Origin: a virus
Lineage: Duplodnaviria > Caudoviricetes
Length of the DNA stretch: 59,742 nt
Virus record (IMG/VR): IMGVR_UViG_3300008110_000054
Span: 1 to 59,742 of that record
Direction: 5' to 3' (one strand)
The notes below the pieces were generated by a model. That model did not search any database and was not told where the DNA came from. It saw only the letters and a list, made by a program, of their open reading frames with translations. Positions 1-8,885 of the stretch are shown here, piece after piece (position 1 is the stretch's first letter; each line of letters starts with the position of its first letter). The translations under genes were made by a program, and so were the position numbers.

Positions 1-1
1 C

Positions 2-1312
2 ATACCCTACAATAGTGCATTCCCAATCCAGACTGGGAGCAGCCGTTGTTGTGGTTGTGGTAGTAGTGCTGGTGGTTGTGGTCGTGGTTGTTGTGGTAGT
101 AGTTGTACTGGTTGTAGTTGTGGTCGTAGTTGATGGACCTGCTGTAGACGTAGTTGTAGCGCCTGAACACATGGTCTGACAGGCCGCGTAAGTTACATAC
201 GGCCCTAACTCTGGTATAGACGGCGAATAAGGATTTTCATCAAAGTACGAGCAGCTAAAGCCTATGCAGTAATACCCAGCTTCTGGCGATACCGTAGTAG
301 TCGTGGTTGTTGGCTCTTCAGTAGTTGTAGTTGTAGTAGGTTCAGTAGTCGTAGTAGTTGTGCTAGGGCCTTCAGTAGTTGTCGTGGTTGTGTTTATGCA
401 AGCGCTTGCGCAGGCTTCGTAACTTTCGTGCCTCTGACTACTATTAGCAGGTGTGCTCATAAAGTAGTCACAGCCTACTGTCGTGTATCCCAGATCAGGG
501 TTGTAGAAGTTGTGGCAGTACCACCCAGGCCCTTGATTAATAAAGCACGTGTTTAGGCATTCCGCTTCTGTGTTGAAAACATTTTTACCGTTTGGAGGCT
601 GAGTATCTGATTGCACACAGCCGCCAGTAACGCACCACCAAGGTAGACCAGCAGATGTTCCGCAGGCTGAATTGCAATCAGCCATATTCGTGTATGGTCC
701 GCCAAGCACATCAGTTACGCCAGTTACTCCTGGGTAGTACCAGGAAGTAACACAACTCTGTTGAGACGTAGCCACATCTCTAACACACCAAGACGGCGGT
801 CTTCCTTGAGCCATACAATCCGCGTCAGTAAAACCACTCCAGCCAGTTATTTGAAACGGTAGACGGCACCCTATGCTCAAACCTATTGTGCCACTAGCTG
901 TGAATATGACATTTCCAGAAGACTTACTACATGACCCTTCAAAAAAAATGCTGTTAGTTACACCCCATACGTCAGTAAAAGCAGCGCCAGACAGCTCAGT
1001 TCCTTGGCATACTGGATAAAACCTGTTTGTGCTAGATTTGATAAATAAACCTAGGTGCTGCACGCCGACAGCCACATAGGATATTTGAGGGCACGGACCC
1101 ACTCTCCAAAACACAACTGGAACTTCAGTAGTAGGCCAGCCCGTAGCCGAAGTACATTGAGGCAAAGTAAAAGGACCCACAGAATAAGCTGGTCCTACAG
1201 TGCCAAAAAAGTACATTGGAAAATCGCAGCAAAATCCGCAACACATGTATGACTGAGGAGGTGTGGGCCTCCTTGCCAAAGGTTCTACGCAACTATAGCT
1301 GGCTGTAGGCAT
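2..1312 (-). CDS. Cys-rich, poly-Thr-linked putative tail fibre/adhesin (3'-partial, runs off the window)
   Basis: Absent from the ORF track. ATG at 1312 directly follows the stop of the upstream gene. Hand translation gives MPTASYSCVEPLARRPTPPQSYMCCGFCCDF..., repeated W/Y-C...C...PY..C...C modules and Thr tracts, with the same frame open at position 2 (...TTAAPSLDWECTIVGY). Confidence 0.8.
   Translation of the reverse strand, partial: MPTASYSCVEPLARRPTPPQSYMCCGFCCDFPMYFFGTVGPAYSVGPFTLPQCTSATGWPTTEVPVVFWRVGPCPQISYVAVGVQHLGLFIKSSTNRFYPVCQGTELSGAAFTDVWGVTNSIFFEGSCSKSSGNVIFTASGTIGLSIGCRLPFQITGWSGFTDADCMAQGRPPSWCVRDVATSQQSCVTSWYYPGVTGVTDVLGGPYTNMADCNSACGTSAGLPWWCVTGGCVQSDTQPPNGKNVFNTEAECLNTCFINQGPGWYCHNFYNPDLGYTTVGCDYFMSTPANSSQRHESYEACASACINTTTTTTEGPSTTTTTTEPTTTTTTEEPTTTTTTVSPEAGYYCIGFSCSYFDENPYSPSIPELGPYVTYAACQTMCSGATTTSTAGPSTTTTTTTSTTTTTTTTTTTTSTTTTTTTTAAPSLDWECTIVGY
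44..392 (-). repeat. Degenerate ACN-codon tracts encoding poly-Thr linkers (about 44-160 and 290-392)
   Basis: Runs of gtt/gtg/gta/gtc triplets on the + strand, in frame as TTTTT..., TEPTTTT, GPSTTTT. Confidence 0.85.
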
Positions 1313-1313
1313 T

Positions 1314-2096
1314 TTATGACTGATATTGAACCATTAATTGATTACCTTGACAGTATACACCAGTAACAATCGATGTATAGTTGGTTGCTGGGCAGCAAGG
1401 CATCATGCCGCTGGCTCCGTCTTCGCCCTTGATATTGGTTATAGGGCTGCCCCAAGAATTGTTTATTCTTCGGTATATGTCTCCGTTGCCTATTTCTAAC
1501 GGCGACCCGTCTCCAAGATTAAGGTAATAGTCTCCGTTACTGCCTAAACCGAGAGGCGGGGGACCTATTCCAGAACGCCATACGGCGGTGTGTGGCAATC
1601 CAAATTTAAATGTGATTACTTCTCCGCACTGTTCTGTTTCAGGAAATTTGTTTTTAGTTTCTAGCTCTAAAGTAGCGCTTGAATCTGTGTAGGGTAAAGT
1701 TACAAGAGAAGTGTCAAAGTCAAAATCTGGGCAAGGCAGAGAAAGATTGAATCTTGCTGTGAAATTATTTTCACATACTTGCGACGATATAGAAGGATCT
1801 AGAGACACTGGTAAAAACTGTAAATCAACTCGGGCCTGCGACACGCCTCTGTTATAAGCTATCGTGGCGCTTTCTACGGCTAAGCTCACAGCCGTACATG
1901 GCGCGTCTAACCCTTGCGCGCCTGCTGGACCTGCTGGTCCCATAGGTACCACTACTGGAAGGTCAAAGTCTAGAGAAGGGCAGTCGTATATTGGCGGCGG
2001 GGCATCGTCTATTTCACAGTTTTCAATAAACGTGAAATCACCAATAGACGGTATCGATGACAGACTGCATCTACTTGTATCAAATACAGAAGGCAT
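1314..2096 (-). CDS. Tail fibre-associated protein with short collagen-like segment
   Basis: GPAGPAGAQG; WRSGIGPP..G.NGDYYLN...GDIY....W...NIKG motif typical of phage fibre proteins; lies at the distal end of the baseplate cluster. Confidence 0.6.
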   Translation of the reverse strand: MPSVFDTSRCSLSSIPSIGDFTFIENCEIDDAPPPIYDCPSLDFDLPVVVPMGPAGPAGAQGLDAPCTAVSLAVESATIAYNRGVSQARVDLQFLPVSLDPSISSQVCENNFTARFNLSLPCPDFDFDTSLVTLPYTDSSATLELETKNKFPETEQCGEVITFKFGLPHTAVWRSGIGPPPLGLGSNGDYYLNLGDGSPLEIGNGDIYRRINNSWGSPITNIKGEDGASGMMPCCPATNYTSIVTGVYCQGNQLMVQYQS

Positions 2097-2106
2097 CTGA
2101 TACTCC

Positions 2107-3147
2107 CTAGCTTAAATTACTTGCGCAAAGCGCCAATCCGTGATGGTCTGGCGTAACTATAAGAGTATTTTCTAATAGCTCGCTGGCTTTAACGGTGACG
2201 CCTAAACCGCCTTTCAGTATCACATTTTTACCGCCGATCCCGTTTATGCTTTTAAGCGTCTCTCCGCACGACGGACCTCCAGACAGTAAAACACTTCCTT
2301 CTGGAGGCTGTTCGCTGGAGTATATTGGTATTTCTGAGCAAGGCTGTCCTTCGCCCCCTCCCACATCTCCACCAATAGTTATGGAATTGTCGGCAACGCT
2401 TACCGTTATATAGGAGTTGTAACCAGATTTAACTTTTACGTCGCCAACTATACACGTGACATTAACGTGGTTATTTTCTGGACCAGTCAAACTTTCTGTA
2501 CAGCCGACTGGCGCTGTAGCTTTAGTTCTTGGGGCGTTAGCCAAGTTAACACTGCTGACATAAGCACCAGACATTGATTGGATTAATGCTGGTTCTATGG
2601 TTCCACCTTCTGATCCAGAATTGTCTACTGAGGATTCTCCGCTTTGACTGTTGAATATTTGCTCCATTAAAAAAGCGTTGTTTTTCCACAGCATACCGTC
2701 AACAACGGTTTGCCAAACCAAAGCACCTCCTGGTATTTCAGATACAGCTGCGTACAAGGCGTAGTAGACTAATCCACACACCATGTAGCCTTCCCACACT
2801 ACTTCGTTTTCACAAGCATTGGGTGTGTAGGCTGCTGAACTTCCAGTGGCAACGTCGTCAGTAGAGAATCTGGTTGTAAACTCTGCGTCATTTACATTGA
2901 ATACAAACGTTAAGGACCTAGCGACTAGTCCTGGCGCATCAGTTTTAAATTCAAATCTAATTAGTTCGTCGTAATAGGAAACGCTGCTTAGCCATACTTT
3001 ATGAGTGCCTTGAACATAGCCAGAGCCAGCGCCCATGACACAGCCAAAATCAACAATAGCTTGAGTAGGCAGATTTACTACCTGCCCTCCCACTTGAAAC
3101 GGGTAGGCTCGAAGCTCGTTTGTGGCGTAAAACCCTGCACGGCTCAC
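2107..3147 (-). CDS. Baseplate/fibre structural protein, NxxRxYP paralog family
   Basis: N-terminal FYATNELRAYPF, C-terminal LKSINGI; overlapping start/stop with its neighbour. Confidence 0.6.
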   Translation of the reverse strand: MSRAGFYATNELRAYPFQVGGQVVNLPTQAIVDFGCVMGAGSGYVQGTHKVWLSSVSYYDELIRFEFKTDAPGLVARSLTFVFNVNDAEFTTRFSTDDVATGSSAAYTPNACENEVVWEGYMVCGLVYYALYAAVSEIPGGALVWQTVVDGMLWKNNAFLMEQIFNSQSGESSVDNSGSEGGTIEPALIQSMSGAYVSSVNLANAPRTKATAPVGCTESLTGPENNHVNVTCIVGDVKVKSGYNSYITVSVADNSITIGGDVGGGEGQPCSEIPIYSSEQPPEGSVLLSGGPSCGETLKSINGIGGKNVILKGGLGVTVKASELLENTLIVTPDHHGLALCASNLS

Positions 3148-3923
3148 TTAGTAGCCTCCAGCTTTTGTCCTACCAGTTCTATTTTAACAACATTTTCGGC
3201 TGAATTAGGATAGATTCTTAAAATAGAATCTCCAGCTAACTCGTTGTTTGCTGTTAGCAAAAAGTTTCCATAAACGTCTGCAGGTATTCCATTTATAGTT
3301 TTTATAAAATTTGGTGTTTCAAACAAAGATGTTTCGCTTTCAGTGTCGCACAGTTTTCGTTTGAATAAAGGGTCGCCTACAAAGTCAAAACGTATGGCAT
3401 CGTCTTCTTGTCTTACAACTATGCCGTTTTCTCCAAAAAACCACACTTCTCCAGTAACTACTGTGCCGTCTGGAAGGATAAATCCGCTAAGGTGGTTTTC
3501 TGGGACAGGCACCACAACAGAAGCAACAAACTGAGCAGTGTCTGCGAACGCCACAACAGTAGGCGGCCAGCCTTGCAGCCTTACAGCTCTTTCTGTGTCG
3601 TAGACCAATAAGCCAGCTGGCCTGCCGCTGGTATCAAATAACGGTACGCCCTTGTTGTTAGAAAATGTGTCAACTGTACCAACTATTTCATTTGAATTAG
3701 CTGTGTTATTTATCGTTACCTTAACTATGCCGCTGTCGTTTTGCACGCTGCGCAAGTAAAACGGACCCTCTCCACCAAGAACATATATGATCGCGTCTAG
3801 AAAAAGATCTTTGTCTAAAAAAAGGCCATTAGTACTTTCTAGCGACGAGCTGTCCGAAAAAGGGTAGCGAGAATCCTTGTTTTCATCTCGCCATTCTGGA
3901 ACCAGTATTCTTTGGCTAGCCAT
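3144..3923 (-). CDS. Baseplate/fibre structural protein, NxxRxYP paralog family
   Basis: EWRDENKDSRYPF and IKTINGIPADVYGNF motifs. Confidence 0.6.
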   Translation of the reverse strand: MASQRILVPEWRDENKDSRYPFSDSSSLESTNGLFLDKDLFLDAIIYVLGGEGPFYLRSVQNDSGIVKVTINNTANSNEIVGTVDTFSNNKGVPLFDTSGRPAGLLVYDTERAVRLQGWPPTVVAFADTAQFVASVVVPVPENHLSGFILPDGTVVTGEVWFFGENGIVVRQEDDAIRFDFVGDPLFKRKLCDTESETSLFETPNFIKTINGIPADVYGNFLLTANNELAGDSILRIYPNSAENVVKIELVGQKLEATK

Positions 3924-5605
3924 CAGACTATCTCCTCCATAGAGAAGAACGAGAACCTAGCTTCAGCTTTGTGAGAACCTATTCCTACTTTGCCCGTGGC
4001 TGGCAAATATAAATTTGTGCCTACCGAAAGGGTAGACATCAGTGTCATAGTGGCTCTGTCGTAAAGCCTTGCCGTTAAAGCCGTCAAAGATGGAGAGATA
4101 CCTGGAGTAACTTCTACTTGAATTCTGTACCAAGAGTCTTGAGCTATACCCAAGCTGCCGCTAGTAACAAGGGTTACAAACCCAGATCCGTTAAATTTTT
4201 TTATGCTGAAAGAAGCCGTGGGTTTGCTTATCTCTATGGCAAAAAATTCGTCTATGGTGTTTGAAGCGTTGGGTCTGTAGTTTAAAACCATAAACCCATT
4301 GCCGTATCCATTAATAAGTATCAGTTTTAAATCTAAAGTTATTCTTTTGTTTAAAGTGGTGCTGTAGTCGCCATTAAACCACAGTGATACGTTTAAATTT
4401 GTAGGTCCAGCGGCAGCGTACGACTCGTCTACTACTACGGTGCCTTCATTAAGTCCCTCGCTGTAGCCTATAGATATAGTTCCGTCTTCATTGGTCAGAG
4501 GAATTATGTCTGTAACATAATTAAACCAGCCCAGCACTGTTTGCCAGTAAGCAACAGATTCTGAGTTGAAAAAGATACTGGCTGGAAGAGGAATTATGTC
4601 TATGGTTGAGCTAGAAACTTCTGTAGGAGGCGGCAGCACAGGAGGTCTAGGGTCGCTGTTGGCGTCTGGATCTGGAAAACTGCTGGGGTTACATTCATCA
4701 TCGTTTGTATAGTCTGTTGGTAGTCTTCCCGTTGAATCTGGCAAGTTGTCTTTAGACACGCACGCGTCTATTAGACCAACTGGGTAATCTAAAGCTATGC
4801 CTCCAACATTTGATGGATAGATGGCCGTTCTAAATGGTTCTTCAAAAACTATATTTATGTTTCCTTGGCAGTCTGGGCCGACAGTGTTTATAAACTCTAT
4901 AGCCTCTCTGTCGCATGTTCTAGACTCAGGTCTTCCAGAGCACGGACTGGCGTAAAGTTGCAAAGCGTTTTGATTAGTTCTATCTTTTAAACTAAATACT
5001 ATAGCTTTTTTAGTTTCACCGTCTATTTCTCGTTCTCCTAGTGCTATATAGACGTCTCTACCTTCAACTAATTGAACTAACCCAGTTAAAACAGTGGTGG
5101 AATTTTTTTTACCAATACTTTGTACTGGGTAGTTCCTGTAATATCTACAAACTTTAGGGGCCAGGCTGGATTGTCTTAACGTTGAGAATTTACCGTTGTA
5201 AGTATTGTTTATTCCTTCTCCAAAAACTATCCAGCCAGCTACTCCGTCAGCAAAAGGAGTCAAAGGATAAGGCACGCCTATCTCTACAGGCTTTACCAAA
5301 GATACAGAACATAAAGGCGTGAAATTAGGCAGGCTAGCCGATGAAGACGAGTACTCGCTGGAGAAATACTCAACAGCTGGCTCGCTGGTAGCTAAAAAAG
5401 TAGCAGACACTAAATTGTTAGTTACAACCAGACTGCTAAGCATGCCTCCTATCCCTAGAGACATGGGCAGCCGTATATTTATGTCTGTTATTATCGTCGC
5501 TGGTAGAACGCGGCCTTCGTCGTCTATGCCTGTAGCCCCCTCGTCCAGAGGGTACTTTCTGGTTGAGTTGAGGTTGTACCAGTTGTTGTTAGTTATTGCA
5601 CTCAT
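3923..5605 (-). CDS. Baseplate/fibre structural protein, NxxRxYP family, with a C-terminal beta-sandwich (lectin/LamG-like) domain
   Basis: NWYNLNSTRKYPL, FINTVGPDCQGNI, Pro-rich linker, then a beta-rich domain ending WYRIQVEV...GKVGIGS...ARF. Confidence 0.6.
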   Translation of the reverse strand: MSAITNNNWYNLNSTRKYPLDEGATGIDDEGRVLPATIITDINIRLPMSLGIGGMLSSLVVTNNLVSATFLATSEPAVEYFSSEYSSSSASLPNFTPLCSVSLVKPVEIGVPYPLTPFADGVAGWIVFGEGINNTYNGKFSTLRQSSLAPKVCRYYRNYPVQSIGKKNSTTVLTGLVQLVEGRDVYIALGEREIDGETKKAIVFSLKDRTNQNALQLYASPCSGRPESRTCDREAIEFINTVGPDCQGNINIVFEEPFRTAIYPSNVGGIALDYPVGLIDACVSKDNLPDSTGRLPTDYTNDDECNPSSFPDPDANSDPRPPVLPPPTEVSSSTIDIIPLPASIFFNSESVAYWQTVLGWFNYVTDIIPLTNEDGTISIGYSEGLNEGTVVVDESYAAAGPTNLNVSLWFNGDYSTTLNKRITLDLKLILINGYGNGFMVLNYRPNASNTIDEFFAIEISKPTASFSIKKFNGSGFVTLVTSGSLGIAQDSWYRIQVEVTPGISPSLTALTARLYDRATMTLMSTLSVGTNLYLPATGKVGIGSHKAEARFSFFSMEEIV

Positions 5606-7437
5606 GGCAGCTTCAGACCCACGGTTTCAGATAGCGTGCCGTAAGCCACAGTTTGACCGTTAAGCTTGGCTTCTATATCGAGTGTAACATAATCGCCTGG
5701 GTTTACCTTCGATACGAATATTGGATTGACCAAAGTATCGGCGTAAAGCCTTCCAGTGTACACAACAATATCTTCATTTGTGTTTGGATCTTTTATAATC
5801 CAATCACCGCTGGCGTCGTGTTTTAGCTTTATGGTGTAAGGTTTAACAGTTATAGAAGTAGGCTGAGCAAGCATTAGCCAATTCCAACTTCCTAGATTTC
5901 TAAAACCACCAGTAAGCATACTTGCCATAGAAACATTGCTTACAGTTGATTTGTGAACCAGCCGCTCTACTCTCACGCCTCTCTTTGCTGTTTCAGCCAC
6001 GTCGGTCCAGAATATGGTGGCCATTATCGTGTATGAAGCTGCGCCGTCTAACATTACTAGGTATTTGCCAGTCATTACTGGCTTACCGTTGGGGCCGTCC
6101 AGCAAGCTAAAATTGCTATCCCACAAAGGCTCTGGAGATCTCGTAAACGACATGTCGAACTTAAGTTTGGCTAGGCTTTGCTTTTCTAGTACTGGCCATT
6201 TGGCTTTAAAGTTAGGCCAGGCTCCTTCAAGAATGTAGTTGTCTGCGCTATACCCAGAAGAGTCGTAGGCGTACACGGTCTCTGGGTTTATAAAACCTTT
6301 TAAACCTGCTGGTGTATTGAAACTTATGTCTATCTCGTATTCGCCTCTGCAAGACTCGTAAGTATTGCACACGCCCATGGCTACCTTGATGCAAGAATCG
6401 TCTTTTACCGTATAAGGCATCATCGACAATTTTATTGGAGAAGCTTCTCTGCAGTCTTTTTGAGCCAGCCACCTGTCTATATTGTCTTGATGCGTGTTTC
6501 TTACAGCGTTTGCTCTAGCTCCTAGCACTTTAAACTTTTCGTACAGCCTTCTAATTCCTCTGTACGTATTCATGAAGTCATCGCATGAGCAACACGGCAG
6601 GCAGTTATTAGTTATGTGTATTGCGTTGGGATTGTTAAAAGTTATGTTCCGTACTCCACCGACTTGCGCTGTGGTGCCTTTTCGGTTCAACCATATGCAG
6701 TCAGTAGCTGTAAATATGAAAGAACCAGAATCTTCTGGAGCTATTTGATTTATTCTTTTTACAGTTATTTCAGACTGCTCTGGGCATCCAGGAAACTGAC
6801 CTTCACCTGCGCCTGCTTCGGCAGCCATAAAAATAGAGTTGACCCTTCTAGACCCGTTAGTAAGAGTTGTTGAAGATAATGTGGTTACAAAGTTGTAACC
6901 GCCATAAAAAGCCACATCTCCAGTCACTTCAGTGTTGTTTACTTTAAATCTATTTATCTTTTTCGGCCATATTTCACTAACGCGTTCGTCTAACACGGCG
7001 TTGTTTAAAGTCTGGGAGTATGGATACGCTGCCACATCTTCAAGATCATTTTGCCCAATGTGTTGCACAACACGGCATATAGCTGTATCTGTGCGCCACT
7101 CATGTATTCCAAAACGGTCGGACCAAAGTTCGTATCTGTAGTCTCCAAGAGTTGAATCGAACACCACTGCGTTGGTCGCGTCTAGTATAAAAACCTCAGC
7201 CCGAGATCCAGCCTCAGAAGATTCTGACGGAACAACTTCAGAAGATGAAAACGAAGAGGGCTGCGTGAAACCTCGTATTTGGGAAATTCTTAACGGTAAG
7301 ACAACATCGACTTTGCTGTGCCCCAGATACATGTCTGCAAATAGCTTATGCACTCCGCTGACTTCTCTTATGAAAGGGAAGTGCGTGCCTTTAGGGTTTA
7401 CGCTTACCCCGTATCCTCCCTCAGGCACTACTGGCAT
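5602..7437 (-). CDS. Baseplate/fibre structural protein (diverged family member)
   Basis: THFPF, VKRINQIAPEDSGSF, and CLPCCSCDDF followed by a coiled-coil-like helix, as in 7917-8870. Confidence 0.55.
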   Translation of the reverse strand: MPVVPEGGYGVSVNPKGTHFPFIREVSGVHKLFADMYLGHSKVDVVLPLRISQIRGFTQPSSFSSSEVVPSESSEAGSRAEVFILDATNAVVFDSTLGDYRYELWSDRFGIHEWRTDTAICRVVQHIGQNDLEDVAAYPYSQTLNNAVLDERVSEIWPKKINRFKVNNTEVTGDVAFYGGYNFVTTLSSTTLTNGSRRVNSIFMAAEAGAGEGQFPGCPEQSEITVKRINQIAPEDSGSFIFTATDCIWLNRKGTTAQVGGVRNITFNNPNAIHITNNCLPCCSCDDFMNTYRGIRRLYEKFKVLGARANAVRNTHQDNIDRWLAQKDCREASPIKLSMMPYTVKDDSCIKVAMGVCNTYESCRGEYEIDISFNTPAGLKGFINPETVYAYDSSGYSADNYILEGAWPNFKAKWPVLEKQSLAKLKFDMSFTRSPEPLWDSNFSLLDGPNGKPVMTGKYLVMLDGAASYTIMATIFWTDVAETAKRGVRVERLVHKSTVSNVSMASMLTGGFRNLGSWNWLMLAQPTSITVKPYTIKLKHDASGDWIIKDPNTNEDIVVYTGRLYADTLVNPIFVSKVNPGDYVTLDIEAKLNGQTVAYGTLSETVGLKLP

Positions 7438-7438
7438 T

Positions 7439-7954
7439 TCAAAGCTCCTTATTCAAATACTTTTTTCTAGTATTGCAGTTAGCGCATAGAAGCTGGTACT
7501 GGTCTTTGTTTTTTATCACGTGTTTGCACCTGTCTAGCGCATTCATTCTTTTCCTTTGTTTGCTTCCGCCTCCGTTTACATGGTCTACTTGCAAAACCAA
7601 AGGATCTTTTTCTCCGCAACCGTTGCATTTGTTTTTAAACATGTCAAAAATTTGCTTTTTGTATTCATAGTATTTGGTGTTGAATTTTTTACTGCAATAA
7701 ACTTTTCTGCTTTTCTTTATTGGTACTTTGCTGACAGCGTACTTGGTCATAACAACGATGTCAGATTTTTTTCTCCTTTTTTTAGGCTTGGCCTTGCTGT
7801 TTAAAATATTAACTCTTTCATAGTGACACTCGTTACACGTAGAGTTTTTGCCTTTTCTGTTCTTTACAAGGAATGCTGAAAGTTTTTTTACCTTTCTGCA
7901 CTCGCGGCATTTTAAACTAGGGGACGCATGGGACATCGCTGAGCTTACTCCCAA
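7439..7954 (-). CDS. HNH endonuclease (free-standing, homing type); start may be the second Met at 7936
   Basis: CRECRK...CNEC N-terminal Zn finger; CNGCGE..P.VLQVDHVNGGG...LLCANCN HNH core; Lys-rich, AT-rich. Confidence 0.88.
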   Translation of the reverse strand: MGVSSAMSHASPSLKCRECRKVKKLSAFLVKNRKGKNSTCNECHYERVNILNSKAKPKKRRKKSDIVVMTKYAVSKVPIKKSRKVYCSKKFNTKYYEYKKQIFDMFKNKCNGCGEKDPLVLQVDHVNGGGSKQRKRMNALDRCKHVIKNKDQYQLLCANCNTRKKYLNKEL

Positions 7955-8870
7955 GGACAGTCATATTCATTCTGTTAACGCTGCCTTCTAGCCTGCTCAA
8001 ATAATTTTGGAAAGTCAGGGCAGCGTCACCAAAACGAGTAAGTTCTTTTGTAACGGCTTCCAGCTCTGTACAGCCGCAACACGGCTGGGAGCTAGAGTCT
8101 TCTAACTTAATACCGTTAGCTATGGGAGTAATCGTCAAACCTTCATCGCTGAGGACTGAAAAATCACCAGCAAGAGTAGGCGCGATTCCGTTTATCGTTT
8201 TTATGCAAGGAGCTTGCTCGTTGTCGTCGGTACATACGCAATCTTTTGACAAACCTTCACCAGATATCGCATCAAATCTGACAGTAGTCGTATCGTTCGC
8301 GGCTCCTATGACAGTCAGCCTCATGTTTGTTCCAGCTACTAACTCTATTTCTCCATACAGCTTGCTTGACCTGTCGTTTCCGTTCACAAGAGTAAGGGAG
8401 GTGACTCCGCGAAGCGCAGGCCTGACACAATCTGTGTCTAGTTTTCCGTCTTCATAGGCAAAGTTATAGGCACCAGCTGGTAATGCTTTGAGGTCTTTTA
8501 AATTACCAAGTACGATTTTGCCTATCGAATCAGAAAAGTTGCCCTGCCCAACTAACGGATAACTTTTGTACTCATAATGGTTGCTGAACGAAGCAGAAGT
8601 TTTCGCTACCAAGGGAGGGTCTTCTGAGCCGTCGCTATAGCTGAGACTTACTGTGATCCCAGAAGAAAATACTACCAAACTGCTTATGTAAAAATTTTCA
8701 GCCTGTATGTTAACTCCAGCATTTACAGGTATATACAGGCTCAGTATGACTGAGTCTGGAATCCTGAAAGACCCAGATATGTCAGTTTTCGTAGCCGAAT
8801 CTGATAGGGGGTAGCTTCTTACAGAGTTGGCGTTTAGCCATTCAAAACCCCAAACATTTGTCGCTGGCAT
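7917..8870 (-). CDS. Baseplate/fibre structural protein, NxxRxYP paralog family
   Basis: FEWLNANSVRSYPL, IKTINGIAPTLAGDF, QPCCGCTELE plus coiled coil. Confidence 0.6.
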   Translation of the reverse strand: MPATNVWGFEWLNANSVRSYPLSDSATKTDISGSFRIPDSVILSLYIPVNAGVNIQAENFYISSLVVFSSGITVSLSYSDGSEDPPLVAKTSASFSNHYEYKSYPLVGQGNFSDSIGKIVLGNLKDLKALPAGAYNFAYEDGKLDTDCVRPALRGVTSLTLVNGNDRSSKLYGEIELVAGTNMRLTVIGAANDTTTVRFDAISGEGLSKDCVCTDDNEQAPCIKTINGIAPTLAGDFSVLSDEGLTITPIANGIKLEDSSSQPCCGCTELEAVTKELTRFGDAALTFQNYLSRLEGSVNRMNMTVLGSKLSDVPCVP

Positions 8871-8885
8871 GAGCTACTCTCCAAG

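Noticed and set aside
44-392. Non-coding microsatellite or CRISPR-like array
   Set aside because: Third-position-degenerate Thr codons in an open frame; no fixed repeat-spacer structure.
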